Virus record (IMG/VR): IMGVR_UViG_3300036797_000127
Coordinates: 1-35,385 of that record
DNA length: 35,385 nt
Direction: 5' to 3' (one strand)
Origin: a virus
Taxonomy: Duplodnaviria > Caudoviricetes
This document shows positions 17,101 to 23,817 of this stretch, piece after piece. Within the stretch, counting starts at the first letter, position 1. Every line of letters starts with the position of its first letter. A program made the position numbers and the translations under genes. The notes under the pieces are model-generated. The model was given only the letters and a program-made list of their open reading frames with translations. It was not told where the DNA came from and ran no database searches.

Positions 17101-17857
17101 GCGCAGCCGACGCCATCATTCCGTCAATTCCGGCTTTTCCAAGATTCAAGGCCGGAAGCAGCGCCGCGCCGTTGCGTCCAAACAGCTCAATCGCCAAGGC
17201 TGTCTTCGCTACTCCATCCGGCATAGATGCGAACTTGCCAGCGATGTCTGCAAAGATTGCTTCGGTTGATCGAATCTGTCCGCTTGAATCCCTTACCGCA
17301 ATTCCGAGGCGCGTGTAAGCGTTGATGGCTCCAGCCGGAGCCGTCGCCGCCGCGAACGCGCTTTTGCTCATTTTTTCCAAGCCGCGAGCCATTGTCTCTT
17401 GATCGACGCCGACTTGCCTTGCCGCAAATCCAAGGCCGCTAAGAGCTTCGGTACTGACGCCAGTGCTCTGCGCCAGTTCGTAGAGCTTCTCTGCCGACTG
17501 GGCCGCATGAACAGCAACTCCAATGGTTGCGACTTCTATCGACGCGATGGCAGCGGTAGCTCCAGCCCCAAGCGACGCGATTGCCCCGAGAGCCGATTTG
17601 GTCGATCCGAATTCCTTCATCGCGGACGACGCAGCTCGCCCCATTGTGGAAAGAGCAAAACTCAACTGGCTAATGGCTGGATTGAAAGAACCGAATGCCC
17701 CGAAGGTTTGCGAGGCTATGCGTTGGAGAGAGGAAAATTCCTTGGAGATATTTTTTGCGGATTGCTGTGCGGTATACGCAGCTTTGGAAAGAGCGTCGAC
17801 GAACTTCGCTGTGTTGGCGTTCAGTTCGACGTAAATGCTGCCGAGGGACTGAGGCAT
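14150..17857 (-). CDS. Tape measure protein
   Basis: 1235 aa, Ala-rich helical; LGSIYVELNANTAKF N-terminus; C-terminal GFRASGG...YIVGEKGPELFVP motif. Confidence 0.93.
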   Translation of the reverse strand: MPQSLGSIYVELNANTAKFVDALSKAAYTAQQSAKNISKEFSSLQRIASQTFGAFGSFNPAISQLSFALSTMGRAASSAMKEFGSTKSALGAIASLGAGATAAIASIEVATIGVAVHAAQSAEKLYELAQSTGVSTEALSGLGFAARQVGVDQETMARGLEKMSKSAFAAATAPAGAINAYTRLGIAVRDSSGQIRSTEAIFADIAGKFASMPDGVAKTALAIELFGRNGAALLPALNLGKAGIDGMMASAARFGIVVNGETAQAAHQFSLKLGELDAIANGFALTLARDLLPLLSAITSSFESSAEGANKWAHAIAELTRMIAVPLDAIWTAVNQAAIALVGFGAQLEYIVELANDLSRALLTVNFKGFAEGLKTYSSKWTSSLKDDVQSSKGIWSDFAAFVKNTSPGDRTGWMVPVHRQGSANIDTATKSKGLGVSTKDVVGEDLAKLQAQATAELSLAGAMDRTTAAMMFQKAAAEAAQKVQDVRNGLLTEQKSLQEQLSTSTGEESARISARIAGVRKELAALDAAAPQFTKLYAQIAAAKASSSTSDELQKKSDDFDKQIASLTEVSASYGKGPAAVASAEIDKQLAAEKDKIDDLRDEYARLQAIPGIGIVGKEQGQGPSPALSQLSAAIDAATEKFSALKTQAATLRDLGIDAELNKQAAELQGATPLVEALNHAYLENEQAVRAAQVALELYRWTQAHPGASVEQINAENEALRTQSNQAYATAIAQEAAQYDIAAAYNNRIQKLEQVRELIQSEGASTLLIDAAIYDAQRQQIEQWDQAAIKVGSFGEQMHAVLNQVALDAEDVGGKIADAMNKAIGGVEDNIAKLIVTGKSNFKQMFEGFAESMIKIQLQSAAGSLEKAIGIKIPGLEGKRGESSGNPLFVQEVGAGKLPLGPGFGSGRSYGSILGAPGTATTPPFLSPGNTTSSGPGGIIGSIAKVFGIKTGGGGSAPTGSSNDPIYVLTATAGSSVFGAATDNSGGGILGDLTGNLPLGPGFGSGKSSTGLMSLLSPESDSSGGSGLLSTLDGLFGGTSSDSSRGDSSGSTSGGGLLSMLGGLFGGGGGGGDSSDPGSGGGLFSDIFNIFAGFRASGGPADHGSAYIVGEKGPELFVPKSSGTIIPSFSLMKSSQENNPLAGVGQAFDGFRAAGGDVTPGHSYVVGENHPEVFIGRAARSASPSSSSPGGGGARETTVNFHVHGVSDHDSFRRSQSQIYAGLHAQMELARARG

Positions 17858-18235
17858 TTAGCTGGCCTGTGCCTTGTTTTGCGGGAAGGAACTAAAAAAC
17901 TTTTTAAACGATTCTGCGCGCTGCTCTTCGGACTCCTCTTCCAGCGCCTCGAAATTAAACACCAGGCTTGCAACGTCGGCTGCAGGAAACGCCGCGAAAC
18001 CGTCCAGTTGCACCGGGCCAAAACTATATTCCTTTATTCCATTCGGAAGTACGATCTTCATCGAAACCAATGCTTCGGAGCGTATTGCGCGCATTACCTC
18101 CATTTGACCGGGGTCATCTGGGATATGGTTGGCTTCAATTTCCACGCGCTTGCCGATCTTCAGCGACCTTACTTCTCCTATGTTTTTGCCATTGATCGTG
18201 AATACGCTGCCGGAGGAGCAAAATGCTTTTGACAT
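17858..18235 (-). CDS. Degenerate tail-tube paralogue with a gpGT-like C-terminus
   Basis: MSKAF/IGEV/NHIPDDPGQ/KIVLP match the tail tube MSQAF/VAEV/NFIPGNATQ/KITLP; TAAATG coupling on both sides. Confidence 0.7.
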   Translation of the reverse strand: MSKAFCSSGSVFTINGKNIGEVRSLKIGKRVEIEANHIPDDPGQMEVMRAIRSEALVSMKIVLPNGIKEYSFGPVQLDGFAAFPAADVASLVFNFEALEEESEEQRAESFKKFFSSFPQNKAQAS

Positions 18236-18628
18236 TTAACTTGCCCTCGCTTTCTCTTCCATTTCTATTTTTTTATCTTGCAGAACTTTCATGGAACTAA
18301 ACCAGCCCTTGAACTGCTCTAACTTCTCTTCTTCTGTCGGTTCGCGGTCTCGCTCCGGATCGGCAATGAAATCATCCGGCGAAACAACCGGCGCGTTCCG
18401 ATCTCGAAACGGATTCCCATTGAACACCGCAGCAGCCACGACGCCGGCACACAGGAGCGCGTGACGTTGTTCACGACTGCGGCGCGTGAGCAGCGCGTCA
18501 ATCTGCGCCGAGGTTAACTCGCCGATTTCGCTTTCGGAGACTCGGCAGTCGTAACGAGCGATGGCCCAGAGCTCGAGCCATCCGATGGCGACGGGTTCGG
18601 CTCTTCCGTCGCCTCGCTGGCCAAAGGG
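18236..18628 (-). CDS. Tail assembly chaperone gpT segment (reached by -1 frameshift)
   Basis: The -1 frame reads WLELWAIARYDCRVSESEIGELTSAQIDALL...GVVAAAVFN...SPDDF, a typical gpT pattern. Confidence 0.85.
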   Translation of the reverse strand, partial: PFGQRGDGRAEPVAIGWLELWAIARYDCRVSESEIGELTSAQIDALLTRRSREQRHALLCAGVVAAAVFNGNPFRDRNAPVVSPDDFIADPERDREPTEEEKLEQFKGWFSSMKVLQDKKIEMEEKARAS

Positions 18629-19044
18629 TCCGCGTCACCGCCCTCCGCCGCGGCTTTTTCAGCCCGTTCACGTTCACGGCGCAATGCATCGGCCTGATCT
18701 TTTGGCAGATAGAGCAGATAGGCGTCCCATAGCGCACGGACGGCTTTCTCTTGATTCGTTCCGTCAAGCATGGAGCCGACCGCTTCGATCCCATCCTCGG
18801 CAGCGAATTTCGGCTGATGCGGCAAGAGCGCGGCCCACAGCATCACGCGCAATACGCGCGCGGATAGCTTGATCCAAATGTCGAAGCTAAGAGCCGTCAG
18901 GCCCGTTTTTTCGCTGATTTCGGCGAGGACGTTCAGATTGAAGGAGACGCGGTAGGCTTCGCTGAAGGAACCCCTTTCATCAGTGTATTCGATGATCAGG
19001 GGAACGGACGGCGCGATGCGCCGCCGCAGAGCGGAATCCGACAT
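18514..19044 (-). CDS. Tail assembly chaperone gpG
   Basis: Position between tail tube and TMP; contains the slippery site in DPL codons. Confidence 0.85.
   Translation of the reverse strand: MSDSALRRRIAPSVPLIIEYTDERGSFSEAYRVSFNLNVLAEISEKTGLTALSFDIWIKLSARVLRVMLWAALLPHQPKFAAEDGIEAVGSMLDGTNQEKAVRALWDAYLLYLPKDQADALRRERERAEKAAAEGGDADPLASEATEEPNPSPSDGSSSGPSLVTTAESPKAKSAS
18622..18628 (-). promoter_or_regulatory. -1 programmed ribosomal frameshift heptamer C CCT TTG
   Basis: X XXY YYZ in the correct phase (GAC CCT TTG); the -1 frame is open to 18236. Confidence 0.85.
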
Positions 19045-19085
19045 ATTTCACCTCGTAAAAAATTGGAATTATATAATTGGCTCGG

Positions 19086-19328
19086 TTACTTTCCCTTGGG
19101 CCGCTCGCCAAGGCCTTTTTCCACAAGTATTTCTGCCACATCCTCGACATGAAGGCAGTCCACCATGCAGGCAAAGTCGTTGGCGGGCTGAATCGTTGCG
19201 ATGGAGCCGTTGCAATAGTCATTGCCTGGAGTAGCGCTGTGTAACACGCCGAAGGAAACGACCTTTCCGCCATCCAGCTTGACGATTTTGTCACCGTTCT
19301 TTGCCTCTCGTCCGTTTCTGTAATGCAT
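19086..19328 (-). CDS. Small hypothetical protein inserted in the tail operon
   Basis: Strong RBS AAGGAGG; MHYRNGREAKNGDKIV...YCNG...CMVDCLH. Confidence 0.8.
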   Translation of the reverse strand: MHYRNGREAKNGDKIVKLDGGKVVSFGVLHSATPGNDYCNGSIATIQPANDFACMVDCLHVEDVAEILVEKGLGERPKGK

Positions 19329-19453
19329 TGTTCCTCCTTCGCTTCCTCGTGGGAGTTAACTGTGTAATTCCCGAAAAAATCTAAGCAGACTTCCCGGAAC
19401 ACGCCGGAGGTGATCGGTGGTTCCGCCGCGGTCTGCCAGCGCGGAGTTCTTTG

Positions 19454-19870
19454 TTACCAGGTAACGGTCATCGGCCCGGTGACTTTCAGCTTCACCGAGC
19501 GCGTGGCCTGTTTCTCGACCGGCAGATCGAAATCCTTGGACGAGACGTAGGCGCGGAATGTGGCGTTCCCGAGCGTGCTGGGCAGCGTGATCTTGTAGTA
19601 GCCGAGCGTCTGATTGTTGAAGTCGGTCTCCAAGATTTGCTGCGTGGCGTTGCCGGGAATGAAGTTGCAATCCACGGCGATGTCGCCCGAATCCACGAGC
19701 GTTGCGAGGAACTCGCGGAAGCTGGACGGACTGTCAAAATTCGTGACATCTGCCAAATCCGCCTTGGAGCCGGTATTTTGGACCTTCGTCACTTCGGCGA
19801 CGGTCGTATAGGTCACGCCGTCGGGCGAGTGCTGAAACAGTGTTGCGCGGGGTGCGAATGCTTGGCTCAT
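19454..19870 (-). CDS. Major tail tube protein
   Basis: VAEV...DVTNFDSPSSFREFLATLVDSG...NFIP...ATFRAYV...LKVTG. Confidence 0.9.
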   Translation of the reverse strand: MSQAFAPRATLFQHSPDGVTYTTVAEVTKVQNTGSKADLADVTNFDSPSSFREFLATLVDSGDIAVDCNFIPGNATQQILETDFNNQTLGYYKITLPSTLGNATFRAYVSSKDFDLPVEKQATRSVKLKVTGPMTVTW

Positions 19871-19896
19871 CTAAAAATTCTCCTTTGTTTTTGTTT

Positions 19897-20328
19897 TCAA
19901 GTCCCCAGATCCCGAAAGGCGATCTTCATATCCACCGAAGCGTTGAAAATGAACGGCGCATCCTCGAACGTTTCCATTTCGAGAACGCATTCCATGTCAT
20001 CGACCTGAGAACCGTCAACCATCGTCCCGGTGAAATTTTCAAGCGTTCGACGCACGGCGCGCTGCAATTTGGCGGCGTCCCCCGGCGTCGAGCCATAGCA
20101 ATTAAACTGGTAGCGCACAAAGCGCAGCGCGTCCGGACCATCCATCGTCATCAGTGACTCGCCGGCAATCTGCGAGAACACAACCGCAGGCATGGCCGCC
20201 GCCTCGGGCATCTGCACCTTGAAAATCCCGGTCGTTTTCATCGTTTCGGTGCGGGTCGCGGGCGTTCCGACAATGGCCGTGACGGCGCTTGCATTCGCGA
20301 GAACCGCATAGAGTCCGTCGGCGATCAC
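19897..20328 (-). CDS. Tail terminator (DUF3168-like)
   Basis: GLYAVLAN...PAVVFSQI...RYQFNCY; position before the tail tube. Confidence 0.8.
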   Translation of the reverse strand: MIADGLYAVLANASAVTAIVGTPATRTETMKTTGIFKVQMPEAAAMPAVVFSQIAGESLMTMDGPDALRFVRYQFNCYGSTPGDAAKLQRAVRRTLENFTGTMVDGSQVDDMECVLEMETFEDAPFIFNASVDMKIAFRDLGT

Positions 20329-20801
20329 GATGTACGCAGTCCCGAATCGTTCAGAGCTTCGCGAATTCCAGTGGTGAATCGGTCCAGCACTTCCTGTTTG
20401 CGGGCCTCGAATGCTGGACGCACGAATGGATAGGCGGGCATCGCAGGGTAATGGCGTCCGCGCGAAGATACGCCGCCCTTGCGCCCGAATTCCAGAATCA
20501 CAGCCCAGAAGAGATTGTAGTTTCCAGCCTTCGCCGCCGGGCCCGCCTCGGCGGAGCCGGACAGGTCGCTCTTGACTCTCGTGCGGACGGCAATATTCGC
20601 GGCCAGAAGTCCGAAATCATGATCTCCCTTGCCCTTGTGATGGGGGCCGCGACGAACCCTGCCGCGCATATCTTCGGCCCAAGGTTCGACCGCGGCGACC
20701 ATTTCCCGCCGAATAATTCTCTTCGCCGCGCGCGGAGGAAGTTCGCGCAGTGCGCGATCCAGTTCGGCAAGCCCGCTAATCTTGAATTCGATTTCAGCCA
20801 T
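20325..20801 (-). CDS. HK97 gp10-family tail completion protein
   Basis: ISGLAELDRALREL...LEFG...MPAYPFVRPAFE. Confidence 0.88.
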   Translation of the reverse strand: MAEIEFKISGLAELDRALRELPPRAAKRIIRREMVAAVEPWAEDMRGRVRRGPHHKGKGDHDFGLLAANIAVRTRVKSDLSGSAEAGPAAKAGNYNLFWAVILEFGRKGGVSSRGRHYPAMPAYPFVRPAFEARKQEVLDRFTTGIREALNDSGLRTS

Positions 20802-21129
20802 GCTCAGGAGCCCACACAATTCCTTGCGCGTTGCACGTCCGGCAGGGATCGAATACGACGGCCCCTTCGGAAATCGCGGGCGCCGTCATCGAATAAAATC
20901 CAGAAATCACTTTTGTCACGCCCTTACACACGGGACAAAGGAACGGACCTCCGCCCGAGTGCGCTGCCTCGTCGTAGAACCGCTGTGGCGCCTCCGCAGC
21001 GGAAGCGGCCCGCGAAACGATGTGCTCTGTAACACGTTCCGCCACAACCCTGCTCGCAACCTCCGGCAACATCGCCTCCGTGTGAAGGATGTTGGCGATT
21101 TCAGCGACGAATTTTGGATCAGTCTCCAT
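20794..21129 (-). CDS. Inserted zinc-finger protein
   Basis: CPVCKG...CRTCNAQGIVW; TGATG overlap with the head-closure gene. Confidence 0.7.
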   Translation of the reverse strand: METDPKFVAEIANILHTEAMLPEVASRVVAERVTEHIVSRAASAAEAPQRFYDEAAHSGGGPFLCPVCKGVTKVISGFYSMTAPAISEGAVVFDPCRTCNAQGIVWAPEHG

Positions 21130-21500
21130 CAAGGCTCGCGGCTCGAATTGTCACGCTCGATGCACAAGAGGTAGAGCACGTGACGTTGTTCGTTGGGATT
21201 CTCGACGGATTGAATCTGAAACTGCCGCGGCATTCCGGTTCCGGGATCGTTAAACCACGCGTTTTGCTGCGCCTTGATTCCCGCCTGGTAGCGCATGGTG
21301 ATTTTATGCGTGACCTCGCTAACCTTCTGCTGCGCCGAATACAGTTCTCGACCGGTTAGCGATTCAACCGCAGCCCGCACGGTTGCGACTGGAGTTTCTT
21401 CGCCGGGCTTGATGTTTCCCGAGGCGTCCTGCGCCAGCGTCGGTTGCATGATCTGCACGACGTGGCGCAGTTGGCCCGCCCGAATGCGCGCGCGCGGCAT
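21129..21500 (-). CDS. Head closure (stopper) protein
   Basis: RAGQLRHVVQI...GRELYSAQQ...THKITMRY. Confidence 0.9.
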   Translation of the reverse strand: MPRARIRAGQLRHVVQIMQPTLAQDASGNIKPGEETPVATVRAAVESLTGRELYSAQQKVSEVTHKITMRYQAGIKAQQNAWFNDPGTGMPRQFQIQSVENPNEQRHVLYLLCIERDNSSREP

Positions 21501-21940
21501 TAGTTTGGCGTCGTAATCACCGCGAACATGATCGCGGCGTTGCTACAGGCCAGATGGACTGTGCCGTCCGTTTGCCGGAAGCCAATGGTGCCGTTGCGGA
21601 AATTAAACGCGGAGAAATTGCCAGCCGCCACGGAATAGGTTGTGATGTCCTGCGTGCGGCCGTATTGGTCGGCAACCGAGGAAATCGTGATCGTATACGG
21701 TGACATGCCGCTGTTCTGGACGAGCAGAATATCCCGCCCCGTTATGGCGAACTTATTTCCGTTGGACACGTCGCAGGCGGTGAAAGCGAAGTCGAGGGTT
21801 CCTGAGCCCGGGGCGCCCACAAGATAGGGGCCGAGCGGCGTGATCGGCGTCAGTGAAGTTTGCACGGCAAATGCCGCCACGGCGCACAAAAGGAACATGC
21901 AACAAAGTGCTACGACTTTTTTTGCTGCTGGGTATTTCAT
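21500..21940 (-). CDS. Signal-peptide-bearing virion decoration-type protein
   Basis: RBS AAGGAG; MKYPAAKKVVALCCMFLLCAVAAFA|VQ; DVSNGNKF..TGRDILLVQNS...ITISSVAD.YGR. Confidence 0.8.
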   Translation of the reverse strand: MKYPAAKKVVALCCMFLLCAVAAFAVQTSLTPITPLGPYLVGAPGSGTLDFAFTACDVSNGNKFAITGRDILLVQNSGMSPYTITISSVADQYGRTQDITTYSVAAGNFSAFNFRNGTIGFRQTDGTVHLACSNAAIMFAVITTPN

Positions 21941-22137
21941 ATCGTTAGATTCTCCTTTTCAATTTGACTTCGGAAATGGCGAGAGGCCTCCGGCTGATCC
22001 TGACTGCGAATCGCCGCCGAGGCCTCCATTTGGGAAACTTTTTTCATTCGAGAAGGAGCAGCGCCAGCGCTTCCCCGCGCCTTTTCCGCCCCTTCTCGTC
22101 CGCGAGGTGCCGGTCCGCCGCGGATATTTATGCAGCG

Positions 22138-23016
22138 CTATTTCGTCGGAGCGAAATCCAAAACGCGTTCGCTCCAGATGAGCCGCTCGTACCAATCCAG
22201 ATCATGGAGCTGGTCCAGTGTGACGGCTTCTCTGTTCTCGTAGGACACGCCAGTGGCCAGCATCACAGCGACCTTTAGGTTCGCCGGCGCTGCCGCACCA
22301 TCATTCCCGTAACCAGCCGTGAAAAAAATCTGTACCGCATTCGGAACGCGCAATGTTTCTGGCCAGAATGTGCCGTAGGCGGGGTAGAGACGCGGAGGCT
22401 CCGAATCATTGTCCTCGAGGAAATCTCCCGCCGGCGCGACGCCCATGTTCGTCCAGGTCAAATCCCCGTCCGCCGTGGTGCCTGCGGGCGTGGCGTTCCA
22501 AGAGGGAACCGTCGCTCCTGATTCAGACTCATTTCCCGTTTCCGTTTCCGTGACGGCCGAGACCTGCTGGAGGTTCCCGTTCGGGTCCACGATCTGGTTG
22601 CCGATGTCGTATTCATTTTTAGCGAGCCACGCCGCCGGTGCCGGAAGTAACGTATGAGATTGCTGATCCGTCCCCACGTACACGATCTTCTGCACGTTAA
22701 CGAGGGGGCAGCGCAGCAGTTTGATCTGTTGGCGCTCATCATAGTGATGGCCGCGGGCATAACGTGGCGCCTGGTAGAAATATCCCGTGCCGAAATCGCC
22801 AAAATCATGCAGTCGAGGAAAATGATCGTGGGATTGCCGGTAGAGCTTGTTCACCAGGCTGCGCCCCGAGTCGCTCTCCACTGTCTCTCGCGCGCTCTGA
22901 AGGTACAGTTTAATTAGTTCGTCATCTTCACTTATTGTGACGCGCAAATGGTTCTTGAGCGTGGGGAGCGAGACCGGTTCGGCGGCCGGCGGAGTTTGTA
23001 TCTGGATCGCGCTCAT
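22138..23016 (-). CDS. Head-tail adaptor (HK97 gp6-like) with an inserted domain
   Basis: PAAEPVSLPTLKNHLRV...VQIFFTAGYG...YENRE. Confidence 0.9.
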   Translation of the reverse strand: MSAIQIQTPPAAEPVSLPTLKNHLRVTISEDDELIKLYLQSARETVESDSGRSLVNKLYRQSHDHFPRLHDFGDFGTGYFYQAPRYARGHHYDERQQIKLLRCPLVNVQKIVYVGTDQQSHTLLPAPAAWLAKNEYDIGNQIVDPNGNLQQVSAVTETETGNESESGATVPSWNATPAGTTADGDLTWTNMGVAPAGDFLEDNDSEPPRLYPAYGTFWPETLRVPNAVQIFFTAGYGNDGAAAPANLKVAVMLATGVSYENREAVTLDQLHDLDWYERLIWSERVLDFAPTK

Positions 23017-23192
23017 TTCTTTTTATTCTTCCGCGATTTTGAATCGACGACAGCAGGGACGGGCGCTGCCAAAGGAGCATCCGGCGGAAAGGCGTGAACC
23101 GCGCGCCCATCGTCGAGCAACGGTTTTGCGTCCGCATACTTCATTTCCACGGACTGGCCCGCATTGCGGCCGCTGAGAAGTTTTACGAACAT
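23013..23192 (-). CDS. Small post-capsid protein (59 aa, not in the ORF track)
   Basis: MFVKLLSGRNAGQSVEMKYADAKPLLDDGRAVHAFPP...SRKNKKK; ATGA overlap with the adaptor gene. Confidence 0.75.
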   Translation of the reverse strand: MFVKLLSGRNAGQSVEMKYADAKPLLDDGRAVHAFPPDAPLAAPVPAVVDSKSRKNKKK

Positions 23193-23215
23193 TCGTCACC
23201 CACTCTTGAAAATGA

Positions 23216-23244
23216 GAAGGGCCGAAGGCATGCTCCGGCCCTTC
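23216..23244 (-). terminator. Intrinsic terminator-like hairpin after the head decoration gene
   Basis: gaagggccg...cggcccttc stem followed by TCATTTT on the minus strand. Confidence 0.6.
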
Positions 23245-23257
23245 GTTTGATTTGAGA

Positions 23258-23734
23258 CTAGGCGGTTTCGGTCGGGCTCTGCGTCTCGGAGTAGCGCGCG
23301 CCGCTCAATACCGCGGCAATCGCGGCGATGACGGAGTTTGAGCCGTTTGTGAGCTGCACCTGGACGTAAGGCGACCCGTCGGCGAGCTCGTTGGCATCCA
23401 GCTCGATGACGTAGAAGATCCCGTCATTGGCCGAAGGCGTATAGCCGGCCGCGGCAACCGCGGTGCGTGCGCCGAGGACGTCGTGTGATGCGCCGGCGGT
23501 TTCCTGCTTATAGATGCTGAACGGGATCGCGACCGGATTGGAGCCGCTCCCGTCAGTGCACTGATTCACGATGATCTTTGTGAATGCAGCGGCGGAGACT
23601 CCGATCAGCACGAGAATACTCGCGTGCTGATACTTCTTCATCGAGAACGCCTGCCCTGTCACGCCGCCGGTAACATCCACCGGAGCGGCGACCTGGACGA
23701 CGTGTCCCTCTTCTGCGATTACAAAACCTTTCAT
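23258..23734 (-). CDS. Putative head decoration / accessory protein
   Basis: Directly after the capsid gene; strong RBS; beta-rich, ends VLSGARY. Confidence 0.75.
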   Translation of the reverse strand: MKGFVIAEEGHVVQVAAPVDVTGGVTGQAFSMKKYQHASILVLIGVSAAAFTKIIVNQCTDGSGSNPVAIPFSIYKQETAGASHDVLGARTAVAAAGYTPSANDGIFYVIELDANELADGSPYVQVQLTNGSNSVIAAIAAVLSGARYSETQSPTETA

Positions 23735-23817
23735 GTCGATCTCCTTCGGGCCCAGCTAAGGGGCCGTAAATTTTAGCGGGGCGCGGACGGAATCCGGCGC
23801 CCCGGCTGAATTGCGGT

